From a virus (taxonomy: Duplodnaviria > Caudoviricetes): DNA of 43,893 bases. The DNA lies in IMG/VR virus record IMGVR_UViG_3300005805_000153, positions 1 to 43,893 of that record; one strand, 5' to 3'. The position numbers and the translations under genes are program-made. The notes beneath the pieces were generated by a model. That model was not told where the DNA came from. It worked only from the letters and a program-made list of their open reading frames with translations, and made no database searches. Within the stretch, counting starts at the first letter, position 1. The number at the start of each line of letters is the position of its first letter. This document shows positions 1-9,154 of this stretch, in pieces.

Positions 1-2
1 AC

Positions 3-239
3 ATGCATCACACGGCAGTTGGTGATAAACTCAAGGAACTCACTAGACAACTGTTCAGCCAGAAGGATGCGAGGAGCACAGACAACAATGGTGTAATTTG
101 CAGGAAAATTATCATACTCACGCATTGCATCGGTGATCATGCACAGAGTCTTACCACCACCAGTAGGAACAATCAACTGACCCTTGTGATTGATCCGCAT
201 TGCAGTGGTGATGCGATCTTGGTAAGGGCGGAGTTGCAT
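3..239 (-). CDS. SF2 helicase / type III restriction Res-subunit-like ATPase, N-terminal part (runs off window start; not in ORF track)
   Basis: Manual translation from ATG at 239 gives MQLRPYQDRITTAMRINHKGQLIVPTGGGKTLCMI...IVVCAPRILLAEQL, with Q-motif LRPYQ, Walker A PTGGGKT and motif Ia APRILLAEQ. Confidence 0.85.
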   Translation of the reverse strand, partial: MQLRPYQDRITTAMRINHKGQLIVPTGGGKTLCMITDAMREYDNFPANYTIVVCAPRILLAEQLSSEFLEFITNCRVMH

Positions 240-260
240 TGGAACCTCATCGATGTGGCC

Positions 261-289
261 ATCATACGACGAAAGGGCCCCCACGGCGA
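261..289 (-). promoter_or_regulatory. Sigma70-like early promoter candidate (TCGCCG-N17-TATGAT) overlapped by a GC hairpin
   Basis: 17-bp spacing; AGGGCCC/GGGCCCT inverted repeat at 274-296; about 20 nt upstream of the helicase ATG. Confidence 0.5.
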
Positions 290-315
290 GGGCCCTGTGC
301 AGGTTTCCAGACTGG

Positions 316-1203
316 TTAGTCCTTGATTCCCAGTTCTCTTTTCTTTTCTGTGTAAGCCTTGATGACAAGTGATTTACCACCGACGTTAGGCGCACCCATA
401 TTTGATACATAACGACTCCATTCTATCTGTTCAAATATCTCTCTCACATATGGTTTCTTGGACTTGAAGAGGTAATGAGTTGTGGTTTCTGGTGTAATTT
501 CACTATACTCACAGACGCGAATCTGTCCCCAATACTTCAATCCAAACTCCCAATACTCTTGTTTCTTGATTTGTTCCCTAACCAATGGCAGTTTAGGCAC
601 ATTATCACACGTCAAAAACATCTCAAAGTCATCATGTTTTGTCGGTGGTCTTGTTCTAATTCTCAGGTCATCATATCCCTTTGGTGCAACCTTTGACCAG
701 ATCTGCATACAACAGGGTACATTGTAGGGTTCACCATTGAAGACAAAACTATTCTTAGGCAGGAACTCTGTGTAGTATAGACCGAATGATTTGTCCAATT
801 GGAACTGAACTTTCCATGACGTTTGCCACTTAGCAGGTACAATGAACGCAATCAATTCACTGAATTTTGCTGCATGGTTGAAGAATCCTTTTGCAAGAGG
901 ATTCATATAACCAGTACCAAATGGAGGATTACCGACTACAGCAATCCTGATGTTATTTGCAATAGGATGGTATTCTGGATCATACTCAAACCAATCCTGT
1001 TGAATGATACCGTCACTCTCAGGTGCAAGATCAAGACCTAAAGATCCTACAGGCAGATACTGCAAAATGTTTCCACTACCAGCAGAAGGTTCTATGACCA
1101 AATCATACTGAGTGAGTGGAAACATTTCATTGATTTTGTCAACGAACTTTTTTGCAATATCTGGGTGTGTGTAGAACTTATCAAGGTCCTTTGATTTACA
1201 CAT
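316..1203 (-). CDS. DNA amino (N6-adenine-type) methyltransferase
   Basis: FYT motif, SAM-binding motif I VIEPSAGSG and catalytic motif IV GNPPFG, in I-before-IV order. Confidence 0.85.
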   Translation of the reverse strand: MCKSKDLDKFYTHPDIAKKFVDKINEMFPLTQYDLVIEPSAGSGNILQYLPVGSLGLDLAPESDGIIQQDWFEYDPEYHPIANNIRIAVVGNPPFGTGYMNPLAKGFFNHAAKFSELIAFIVPAKWQTSWKVQFQLDKSFGLYYTEFLPKNSFVFNGEPYNVPCCMQIWSKVAPKGYDDLRIRTRPPTKHDDFEMFLTCDNVPKLPLVREQIKKQEYWEFGLKYWGQIRVCEYSEITPETTTHYLFKSKKPYVREIFEQIEWSRYVSNMGAPNVGGKSLVIKAYTEKKRELGIKD

Positions 1204-1624
1204 TCAATTCATCCAAGTACAGTTCCATTATACCACACTCTAGTTGGTGAGCTTCAACCTCCCATGGGAGATTTTTATACTCAGTGTCGGGATCAATCAG
1301 TTTTCCAAACCAATAATCTTTATCGTATTTGGTTTTAAACTCTCCTAACACACGTTGTTTAACATGAACCAACTCATGAAATAATGTGGATAAGTACGTT
1401 ACATCATCCAGAGTATTGTTCATTTCAATAAGAAACTCTCTGGGACGGGAGTCTCTGTCAAGAACTGTGCAGGCTCCAAAGAGACCTTCACGGTTCAATC
1501 CCTTATCTAAAACATCAATCTCTAGTTGATACTTACCAATGAAGTTTGATACAAACCAGTCCACGGCTGAGCGGACAAGACGTTTGCGGTGGCGATAGCC
1601 ACTAAACGAGAGGGCAACAGACAT
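1196..1624 (-). CDS. HExxH zincin-like putative metallopeptidase
   Basis: TLFHELVHVKQ motif plus downstream PWEVEA third-ligand motif; start taken at MSVAL. Confidence 0.7.
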   Translation of the reverse strand: MSVALSFSGYRHRKRLVRSAVDWFVSNFIGKYQLEIDVLDKGLNREGLFGACTVLDRDSRPREFLIEMNNTLDDVTYLSTLFHELVHVKQRVLGEFKTKYDKDYWFGKLIDPDTEYKNLPWEVEAHQLECGIMELYLDELNV

Positions 1625-1671
1625 AACCAATGAAGAAACCAGACACCAGAAATAACAAAAAGAAGTTTCAT
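1522..1671 (-). CDS. Small hydrophobic 49-aa ORF overlapping the HExxH gene (not in ORF track)
   Basis: MKLLFVISGVWFLHWLCLLPSRLVAIATANVLSAQPWTGLYQTSLVSIN; its ATG overlaps the upstream stop as TGATG. Confidence 0.4.
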   Translation of the reverse strand: MKLLFVISGVWFLHWLCLLPSRLVAIATANVLSAQPWTGLYQTSLVSIN

Positions 1672-1826
1672 CAAAAAGAAGTCAAATTAAAACGATAGTT
1701 CTCCAGTTTTTTGTAGATCTTTGCATATTCTACACCAAGAAAATTTTCTTGGATGTTTTTATCACGAATACTCATCAGTTGCAGTGAAGCCATAAGTGCA
1801 TCAACTTCTTGAAGGGAAAGATTCAT
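1671..1826 (-). CDS. Small hypothetical protein (51 aa)
   Basis: MNLSLQEVDALMASLQL...; GGAGA ribosome-binding site just upstream of ATG 1826. Confidence 0.65.
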   Translation of the reverse strand: MNLSLQEVDALMASLQLMSIRDKNIQENFLGVEYAKIYKKLENYRFNLTSF

Positions 1827-1834
1827 GTTTCTCC

Positions 1835-1870
1835 AAAAAAATAATCCACCCGCAGCATATATGGGTGGAT
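1835..1870 (-). terminator. Intrinsic terminator
   Basis: ATCCACCC/GGGTGGAT stem followed by TATTTTTTT on the minus strand. Confidence 0.7.
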
Positions 1871-1891
1871 ATTTACTGCGCAGTAAATGAC

Positions 1892-2056
1892 TTACCAATC
1901 AAATTCGTCCACTTCTTCAACAGTTACCAATCGAACACTTTCTTCGCCTTGAATGTCAAGCATATTTTCCCAATTGAAATCTTCAGGATGACTATCATCC
2001 AAAATATCAAGATCCAGGACAACACGATAACGACGTTTTTGCATCAAATTGGTCAT
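1892..2056 (-). CDS. Small acidic hypothetical protein (54 aa; not in ORF track)
   Basis: MTNLMQKRRYRVVLDLDILDDSHPEDFNWENMLDIQGEESVRLVTVEEVDEFDW; sits between a strong promoter and a terminator. Confidence 0.75.
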   Translation of the reverse strand: MTNLMQKRRYRVVLDLDILDDSHPEDFNWENMLDIQGEESVRLVTVEEVDEFDW

Positions 2057-2080
2057 GGTTGGGAGCTGAACGACTTACCT

Positions 2081-2109
2081 AATATATCTAGGAAGGATGT
2101 CCTTGTCAA
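2081..2109 (-). promoter_or_regulatory. Sigma70-type early promoter
   Basis: TTGACA-N17-TATATT on the minus strand. Confidence 0.8.
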
Positions 2110-2134
2110 GAGGCTGTGGTCGGTCGGGAAACCG

Positions 2135-3193
2135 TCACACACCGTCCTCATCCCATCGTTCACCGAATTGATCCCGTTGTTGTTGGAAAGGATACTCAGT
2201 CCAACCATACTTAGGCCATTCAAGTTCATTGATTTCTTTGGGGAATGATTTGAATACTTTTGATGTCAACCAATCACTTACACCAATAGCTTCATCGTGA
2301 TATTTGGCATCATCGTAGAGATAGTCTTCTGGTTTGAGTAGAAAGATCCTGATACGTTCATCAAAATTAGCGCAGTAAAAGGCACCGATATAACTCTCAG
2401 TTCTCACGAAGTATTTGTAATATTTCCAATAATCTTTCTGTTGAATACCAGCCCTTGTGTAAATTGAATGTTGTTCAAGTGGCAGACTAAAGACATCAAT
2501 TAGATCCTCAGTATTCCCCCACATGATGTGATCTTTGGGATGAAATGGAAATCCTGGGAAACTACCACTAACAAAAATACGATTTCTTGGTTTAGTTTCA
2601 TCATCTTGGAACGTAATCACTCTTTCCTTGTTCCTGAAGAAATGTTCATACATTCTCGTCATGGCCTGATGAGAATACTTTTGATCGGATCTAATTTTGA
2701 CTGAGAATTTTGTATCAACAACCTTAAGACCAGCAAGAGAGGAAATAATTTGAAGATTACGATTGCCAGTTCCTACAATATCAGGAAACTTACTTCTTAC
2801 AAACTTAATTCTTGAATCTTTTACTTCTTCTTTATCAGTTTCCCAACAGGATATAATTACCTGATTAACAAATGGAAGTTCAAGATAGTAATTTGCAACC
2901 ACATCCGTGTAGTCAGTATATTGTCCCTGAAGAACAATATTAATCAATTCTTTCTTTGTGGACTTAGCATATTCCACAAGATCTTCAACAGTCTCTGGAT
3001 GGTCACCACTGATATGAACACAACCAGCAGCACGTAATAGAGCCTGATATGTTAGATCATCATTTATGGATCTTTCTGCACATCTTAGGTAGAAAGAGAA
3101 AGCTGCAGCAAGTTGTCCTTTTTGTTCATACCAGAGACCAAGATCAAAATTAATCCGTGGATCCTCTGGATTTTCAACATATTGTTCTAACAT
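2135..3193 (-). CDS. TPR-like N-terminus fused to a WavE-like (lipopolysaccharide-synthesis / glycosyltransferase-like) domain
   Basis: Helical N-terminus FDLGLWYEQKGQLAAAFSFYLRCAE; WavE-like motifs IVLQG, IISCW, NRNLQIISSLAGL, VKIRSDQ and FHPKDHIMWG. Confidence 0.65.
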   Translation of the reverse strand: MLEQYVENPEDPRINFDLGLWYEQKGQLAAAFSFYLRCAERSINDDLTYQALLRAAGCVHISGDHPETVEDLVEYAKSTKKELINIVLQGQYTDYTDVVANYYLELPFVNQVIISCWETDKEEVKDSRIKFVRSKFPDIVGTGNRNLQIISSLAGLKVVDTKFSVKIRSDQKYSHQAMTRMYEHFFRNKERVITFQDDETKPRNRIFVSGSFPGFPFHPKDHIMWGNTEDLIDVFSLPLEQHSIYTRAGIQQKDYWKYYKYFVRTESYIGAFYCANFDERIRIFLLKPEDYLYDDAKYHDEAIGVSDWLTSKVFKSFPKEINELEWPKYGWTEYPFQQQRDQFGERWDEDGV

Positions 3194-4128
3194 ACAAACT
3201 CCATAAATGATTTTTGATTTATGCACAGTAGATATGCTGCGTTATCTTGGAATCCAAAACTAATAAGAATATTATCACCATGTACAGCCATGCCTGTGAT
3301 AAATTCGATTTTCGCCCTCATGAGATTGAATGGTGAAGTATGACTTATAAAATTCCAGTCTTTATCATATACAACAAATCGATGAGTATAGATGCCATCT
3401 TTTCTTCCCTGTTCATCTGGGCAAAACTCTACTTCATGTGTTGCACAAATGTAATAATCTCCAATTGAAATAACGTGAGAACCACCTCTTAATTCTCTAG
3501 GAAGATCTAGTTTTTCTTTTCCTTCATGAACAATAACCCCGTCACTGTTGACAACTTGAACTGGATTAGCCCATCTCAGGAAATGAAATGGTTTGTCTAG
3601 AATAGGCATCCAGTTCTTCTCACAATACTGATTGTTTGGACTAGGTATTCTATGTCTTGAAATTTCTTGTGTTCCTACAACATGTGAGAGTTCCATTCTT
3701 CCTTCACCATTATCTGTTGTGTCTCTACGAACACCACACAGATAAAGTTTTCCATCCCATCTTACTACTCTGGCGTCTTCCAATCCATGAAATAACCATT
3801 TGGGAACAATATCACATCTGGAGGTATCAACTTTGTTGATTGATTTTATTTCATAGTTTTCATCAAGTTCTGTAAGATAGTTCTTTGTTCCTAAGATTCT
3901 TGTAGTCTCTGGTTGCATATGACATAGTGGTCCATATCTGTTTGGAAATCTACGATTTTCCGCATGATACAGAAAATAATTTACTGACCGAAGATTAACC
4001 AGAACTTTATTTCCATCTACAAATACAGATGGGTTCATCAAACCTGTATTACCAGTTTCATGATTTTCCACAAAAAGAGGGTGGATACTCCCACCCTCTT
4101 TCAAAACATATTGACAAAAAGAAATCAT
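3187..4128 (-). CDS. Five-bladed beta-propeller glycoside hydrolase/phosphorylase-like protein (GH43/GH130/DUF377-like)
   Basis: Motifs MNPSV, GLEDARV, CEKNWMP, LRGGS, IEFITG and ISFGFQDN. Confidence 0.7.
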   Translation of the reverse strand: MISFCQYVLKEGGSIHPLFVENHETGNTGLMNPSVFVDGNKVLVNLRSVNYFLYHAENRRFPNRYGPLCHMQPETTRILGTKNYLTELDENYEIKSINKVDTSRCDIVPKWLFHGLEDARVVRWDGKLYLCGVRRDTTDNGEGRMELSHVVGTQEISRHRIPSPNNQYCEKNWMPILDKPFHFLRWANPVQVVNSDGVIVHEGKEKLDLPRELRGGSHVISIGDYYICATHEVEFCPDEQGRKDGIYTHRFVVYDKDWNFISHTSPFNLMRAKIEFITGMAVHGDNILISFGFQDNAAYLLCINQKSFMEFVC

Positions 4129-4691
4129 CTTTCAGTTTGAATAAAGAATACTTGTGTCAGTCTTCCACTCTGTAGACTATTCCCAAAATGATTTGTTGAT
4201 GCATGGAACTGGTCTGCACGGAACAAAATCAAACGGTTATACTTATTTGCAATTCTATCAACTTCTTCCCATTTAGAATAATCACTTCCATCATTGTCAA
4301 GTGCTTTACCAACTTCACTACTATCAAATGCACCAGTGGCTTTATGTCTGTAGAATGAAGTCCCACTATTCAGTGGAGCATCTGGAGAAAGGTAAAGAAC
4401 ACCAGCCCAGTTGTTGAAGTCATCCTGATGAATCCATGTTTGTTCACTATCTTGGCAAACTTGGAAAGATCCAGTGTAACCTTCTCCGTCTTGATCTAAC
4501 CAATTTGTAACATTACTCGCAACTGGCCAAAGAATATCTTGAATGGCAGTTTTGGTATCGTCGTTAATTTGATTTGTTGTTCTTACTCCAGGATAATTTC
4601 CCCTAACATCAAAGGGGAGACTGAGAGCATATTCTCTTACTTTGTCTGGAACGTAATAAAAATCATCCAGAACAATAATACTTCCTTTCAT
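4125..4691 (-). CDS. 2OG-Fe(II) oxygenase (DUF6445-like)
   Basis: IIVLDDFY, GNYPGVRT, HxD motif WIHQD, WAGVLYL, distal His FHAS and RLTQVFF; ATGA overlap with the upstream gene. Confidence 0.8.
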   Translation of the reverse strand: MKGSIIVLDDFYYVPDKVREYALSLPFDVRGNYPGVRTTNQINDDTKTAIQDILWPVASNVTNWLDQDGEGYTGSFQVCQDSEQTWIHQDDFNNWAGVLYLSPDAPLNSGTSFYRHKATGAFDSSEVGKALDNDGSDYSKWEEVDRIANKYNRLILFRADQFHASTNHFGNSLQSGRLTQVFFIQTER

Positions 4692-5242
4692 TGCCAATGA
4701 GGGCCCTCAAACCAACAAACTACACTGTTTCTTTTACCTTTTGTCACTGGATTAACCCAGTGTGGAGTGAATGATGGGAACCAAATCACAGTTCCTTGAT
4801 CAAAATAATTTTGTGGTTGTTCATCCTGAACTTCCATCATCAATTCACCACCCTCATATTTAGATCGGTCTGTCAACTGCAAAACAACAGACAGTTTTCG
4901 GTGTTTTGGCTCTGTCATCCAAAACACATCATGATGTTTTTTATATTCTCCTTGATCACTCTCATCATAATCAGTTAACTGCATGAAACGAAGAGTATCA
5001 ATATGATACCCAAAGAACTCTTCGTTCACCTTTAAGGTCATCTTCCACATTTTATCGAAGACATCACCATAGATGTTTTCATACATCCATTTGACTTTAC
5101 TTCTTCGATAAGTTCGATCTGGATTTTCTCCATTAAGACCTTGATTTGCCATAATTTCAGGCAAATCAATACCTCTTTCAATAATACTATTACATTCATC
5201 TGGAGAGAAAGCTCCTCTCCAGATAGCCCATTCTGCCTTCAT
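4688..5242 (-). CDS. 2OG-Fe(II) oxygenase, prolyl-hydroxylase/PKHD-like
   Basis: HHD, RKLSVVLQL, YEGGEL and FPSFTPHWVNPVTKGKRNSVVCW, giving the HxD...H...RxS signature. Confidence 0.88.
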   Translation of the reverse strand: MKAEWAIWRGAFSPDECNSIIERGIDLPEIMANQGLNGENPDRTYRRSKVKWMYENIYGDVFDKMWKMTLKVNEEFFGYHIDTLRFMQLTDYDESDQGEYKKHHDVFWMTEPKHRKLSVVLQLTDRSKYEGGELMMEVQDEQPQNYFDQGTVIWFPSFTPHWVNPVTKGKRNSVVCWFEGPHWQ

Positions 5243-5268
5243 ATTAAAAAAATTATTTCAGTATTATA

Positions 5269-8200
5269 TCATTGATTTTCCAGTTTTTCAATTCTTGCAT
5301 TGAGTTCTTTCACTGCCTGCCACAAAACTGCGGTGATGTTTGGATAACTAACAGAAAGAGTTCCCGTGTTATCATCACAACCTACTAGTTCTGGAAGAAC
5401 TTTTTGTAAGTCTTGTGCTATAAATCCAATACTTCTGGATCCTTGTTGTTTCCAATTGTATCTTACACCATTAACGTGTGTGATTATGCCAACTGCATTT
5501 TCAATAGGATCAATATTTTCTTTTAATGAAATATCGGATGTATTATAGAGAAGATTATCTGCACCATCCCAATACAAGTTTGGATCTGTATATGGAGTTG
5601 TGGGAGTTGCATTAGCTGTAACTCCTACAAGATACCTAGCAGTTGCAATATCGGAGCTTGTTGTTTGAATTTGAGTTGAAGGGCCTGAGGGACCTTGTAC
5701 ACCCGTAGGCCCTTGAGGACCAGTAGGACCTTGTACACCTGTAGGACCTTGAGGGCCTGCAGGGCCAGTGGGACCTTGTACACCCGTAGGTCCCTGAGGA
5801 CCAGTAGGACCTTGTACACCTGTAGGACCTTGAGGGCCTGCAGGACCAGTGGGACCTTGTACACCCGTAGGACCAGTAGGACCTTGAGGACCTGCAGGAC
5901 CTGCAGGACCTGTAAGCCCTTGAGGACCAGTAGGACCTTGAACACCTGTAGGCCCTTGAGGACCAGTAGGACCTTGAACACCTGTAGGTCCCTGAGGACC
6001 TGCAGGGCCAGTAGGACCTTGTACACCTGTAGGACCTTGAGGACCTGCAGGACCAGTGGGACCAGTAGGACCTTGAACACCTGTAGGCCCTTGAGGACCT
6101 GTTGGGCCTGCAGGACCAGTGGGACCTGTTGGACCTTGTACACCCGTAGGCCCTTGAGGACCAGTAGGGCCTTGTACACCTGTAGGACCTGTTGGGCCTG
6201 CAGGACCAGTGGGACCTGTTGGACCTTGTACACCCGTAGGTCCCTGAGGACCAGTGGGACCAGTGGGACCTTGTACACCTGTAGGCCCTTGAGGACCTGT
6301 TGGGCCTGCAGGACCAGTGGGACCTGTTGGACCTTGTACACCCTCAACTCCCTGAGGACCAGTAGGACCTTGAGGACCTGCAGGACCTTGAACACCTTGA
6401 TCACCTGCAAGACCTTGAGGGCCTGTTGGACCTTGAGGACCAGTAAGTCCAGTAGGACCTGTTGGACCTGTTGGACCTGTTGGACCTTGAACACCCTCAA
6501 CTCCCTGAGGACCTTGAGGACCAGTAGGACCTTGAACACCCTGAGAACCTTGAGGACCTGTTGGACCTTGTACACCTTGATCGCCTTGAGGACCTTGAGG
6601 ACCTTGAACACCTTGAGGACCTGTTGGACCTTGTACACCTTGAGGGCCCTGTACACCTTGATCACCTTGAGGACCTTGAGGGCCAGTTGGACCTTGAACA
6701 CCTGTAGGCCCTTGAGGACCTTGAGGACCTGTTGGACCTTGAGGGCCAGTAGGACCTTGTACACCTTGATCACCTTGAGGACCTTGAGGACCTTGAACAC
6801 CTTGATCACCCTTATCACCAGTTCTAGCAAAAGTAACAATTACATCTTCACCATTTGAAAATGAATTTGTGCCAGATAACCTAGTGACAGGAATTTTAAA
6901 ATATCCAGTATCTTCTGTACTAGATCCATCAATACTAAAAATTGCAAAATCATCAGCATTAAGTCGATTTGAAACTCTTACATGACCCTTAATCGTTGAT
7001 GTAGAATCATCAATTACTCTTAAGAAATCTTGAATGTCAGTTCCATTATCATCAGTATCATCAATAAACATCTGCGTTGCAGATGATAAAGTGGCATTAT
7101 TGAACTTTACACCACCCGTTCCTGGATCGGTATCACCAGTATCAGTAGAGAATGTGTAGTCAAAGGTTGCACCACCAAAGTTACCATCAGGACCTTGAGT
7201 ACCTTGCGGACCTTGTACACCCTGAGTACCTTGAGGGCCCTGTACACCTTGAGGACCTTGCACACCTTGATCACCTTGAGGGCCTGTTGGACCTTGAGGA
7301 CCAGTAATCCCTGAAGGACCTGTACCACCTTGAGGACCAGTTGGACCTTGTACACCTTGATCGCCTTGAGGACCTTGAGGACCTTGAACACCTTGAGGAC
7401 CTGTTGGACCTTGTACACCTTGAGGGCCCTGTACACCCTGAGTGCCTTGAGGGCCCTGTACACCTTGATCACCTTGAGGACCTTGAGGGCCAGTTGGACC
7501 TTGAACACCTTGAGAACCTTGAGGACCAGTTGGGCCAGTAGGACCAGTTGGGCCAGTAGGACCAGTTGGGCCAGTAGGTCCTTGTACACCTTGAGGACCT
7601 TGAGAACCAGTAGGGCCTTGTACACCTTGATCGCCTTGAGGACCTTGTACACCTTGAGGGCCAGTAGGTCCTTGTACACCTTGATCACCTTGAGGACCTT
7701 GAGGACCAGTTGGACCTTGAACACCTGTAGGCCCTTGAGGACCTTGAGGACCTGTTGGACCTTGTACACCTTGAGGGCCCTGTAAAGCCGCATCAGCAGT
7801 CGCTTCCCATTTAATACCAGAACCAGTAGAAACAAGGACTGAGGTTCCAGCACCAGTATTTCCAAATACATCAACAAGTGCAGCATCAAATTCTACATTA
7901 CCTTGGAATGTAGAAACACCAGATACTTTAAGATTTGGAGTATTAATAGTTTTTTCATTGAACTGAATTTCCCCAGAAGCAAAATAAACTCCATTGGGAA
8001 CTAATGTAGATCCAACACCAACAGCGTAGTTAGACAACCATGCATCAGTGGTTCCAAATCCATATGAACCACCCTTTACCCACATGAATTGTTTGTAGGT
8101 TTCTGGAAGAGTGTTAATACCACTTAAAGTAAATGGAACTAACGGTGTTCCTTCTGTTGATGCAACAGCGATACCACCATGATTTGCACTATCGTCTGTT

Positions 8201-8811
8201 GGTGTTGGAGCTCCAGTTGTTCCAATACCAAGAATGATATCTTTATCAGCAATATTTAAATTTTGAACGTTAATAATGGTCTCAACACCATTAACAGTTA
8301 GATTACCTTCAATTACTAGATCGTTATGGAAAATAGCTGAGGCGTCATAAACATCAAAATTTGACTGTACATCAAGAGTTTGAATAGTCGCAATACCAAG
8401 ATTAAGACTTTGAGAAAGTCTAATGGATGCAATACCAGCTGTTGGTTGTGTAAGAGAAAAGTTTTCGTAAAAGTCTAATGTGGTGTTTGTTCCTGCCGCG
8501 CCAACATCACTCCCGTCTTGTTTAACAAAAATAGCATCAAGAGTACCAGCGCCAACATCAGTAACTGGTTTCCATGTCCAGTTACCAGAAGGGCCACCAG
8601 ATGCTAAAACATAATTAGCAGTTCCAGCACTATCAGTATTGTCATATATTCTCTCTCTAATTCTTACTTCACCATTAACATCAAGGTCTCTAGTCGCATT
8701 AGTGGTGCCAACACCAACCTTCCCAGTAACATCAAGTACTGTATCATTTTCAGTATAAGTTCCTATGCCAATAGAAAGATCTTTTTGACGCTTACTGAGA
8801 TACTTGGCCAT
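5269..8811 (-). CDS. Collagen-like tail fibre with C-terminal intramolecular chaperone (peptidase S74) domain
   Basis: Two Gly-X-Y blocks ([12 protein letters not shown]); C-terminal SDISLKENI...[15 protein letters not shown]...[13 protein letters not shown]. Confidence 0.88.
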   Translation of the reverse strand: MAKYLSKRQKDLSIGIGTYTENDTVLDVTGKVGVGTTNATRDLDVNGEVRIRERIYDNTDSAGTANYVLASGGPSGNWTWKPVTDVGAGTLDAIFVKQDGSDVGAAGTNTTLDFYENFSLTQPTAGIASIRLSQSLNLGIATIQTLDVQSNFDVYDASAIFHNDLVIEGNLTVNGVETIINVQNLNIADKDIILGIGTTGAPTPTDDSANHGGIAVASTEGTPLVPFTLSGINTLPETYKQFMWVKGGSYGFGTTDAWLSNYAVGVGSTLVPNGVYFASGEIQFNEKTINTPNLKVSGVSTFQGNVEFDAALVDVFGNTGAGTSVLVSTGSGIKWEATADAALQGPQGVQGPTGPQGPQGPTGVQGPTGPQGPQGDQGVQGPTGPQGVQGPQGDQGVQGPTGSQGPQGVQGPTGPTGPTGPTGPTGPTGPQGSQGVQGPTGPQGPQGDQGVQGPQGTQGVQGPQGVQGPTGPQGVQGPQGPQGDQGVQGPTGPQGGTGPSGITGPQGPTGPQGDQGVQGPQGVQGPQGTQGVQGPQGTQGPDGNFGGATFDYTFSTDTGDTDPGTGGVKFNNATLSSATQMFIDDTDDNGTDIQDFLRVIDDSTSTIKGHVRVSNRLNADDFAIFSIDGSSTEDTGYFKIPVTRLSGTNSFSNGEDVIVTFARTGDKGDQGVQGPQGPQGDQGVQGPTGPQGPTGPQGPQGPTGVQGPTGPQGPQGDQGVQGPQGVQGPTGPQGVQGPQGPQGDQGVQGPTGPQGSQGVQGPTGPQGPQGVEGVQGPTGPTGPTGPTGLTGPQGPTGPQGLAGDQGVQGPAGPQGPTGPQGVEGVQGPTGPTGPAGPTGPQGPTGVQGPTGPTGPQGPTGVQGPTGPTGPAGPTGPTGVQGPTGPQGPTGVQGPTGPTGPAGPTGPQGPTGVQGPTGPTGPAGPQGPTGVQGPTGPAGPQGPTGVQGPTGPQGPTGVQGPTGPQGLTGPAGPAGPQGPTGPTGVQGPTGPAGPQGPTGVQGPTGPQGPTGVQGPTGPAGPQGPTGVQGPTGPQGPTGVQGPSGPSTQIQTTSSDIATARYLVGVTANATPTTPYTDPNLYWDGADNLLYNTSDISLKENIDPIENAVGIITHVNGVRYNWKQQGSRSIGFIAQDLQKVLPELVGCDDNTGTLSVSYPNITAVLWQAVKELNARIEKLENQ
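5678..6830. repeat. Collagen-coding 9-bp-period repeat block 2 (roughly 125 triplets)
   Basis: Tandem aggaccttg/ggaccagta/acaccttg units. Confidence 0.95.
7190..7783. repeat. Collagen-coding 9-bp-period repeat block 1 (roughly 65 triplets)
   Basis: Same repeat units as block 2; shares an identical 97-bp stretch with it. Confidence 0.95.
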
Positions 8812-8821
8812 TTTTTAACTA

Positions 8822-9151
8822 TTAATTGAGGGTTTCTAAGATACTTGCAATAAACTTCAAATTCGTACCATTACTACCAGATAGCACTAATTTATCTCCA
8901 GATTCCAGAACTAACTTACCAGAAAGGAGATTTGCGGTGTCGTTAGATCCAATTGGAAATTGTTTCAACATCTCAGTGTCGGTTGAACTTCTTCTATGAA
9001 CAAGAGTAACATCTTCGTCAGTTGCACCGATGTTTGCAACCTGTGCAAGAAGAACAACTCCAGTATATCCAACTGGTGCGGTATAAATTTCTGTAGCTGA
9101 CGTACTGACAACAGCGGTAACTGTTTGGAATACGTTAAGTGCTAGTGCCAT
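8822..9151 (-). CDS. Small beta-rich fibre-associated virion protein
   Basis: 109-aa ORF between fibre genes with GGAG ribosome-binding site; IYTAPVGY...KLVLESGDKL pattern. Confidence 0.65.
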   Translation of the reverse strand: MALALNVFQTVTAVVSTSATEIYTAPVGYTGVVLLAQVANIGATDEDVTLVHRRSSTDTEMLKQFPIGSNDTANLLSGKLVLESGDKLVLSGSNGTNLKFIASILETLN

Positions 9152-9154
9152 TCT

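Noticed and set aside
3-326. Plus-strand 107-aa ORF in the track
   Set aside because: It is the antisense shadow of the minus-strand helicase, which has clear motifs
5678-7783. Repeat array as CRISPR or a diversity-generating retroelement template/variable pair
   Set aside because: There are no unique spacers, no cas or reverse transcriptase gene and no adenine-specific mismatches; the repeats are in-frame collagen codons
5625-7889. Long alternative-frame ORFs (404, 387, 260 and 151 aa) over the collagen gene
   Set aside because: They are by-products of 9-bp periodic repeats that lack stops in other frames, giving low-complexity VLKV/RTLRT translations
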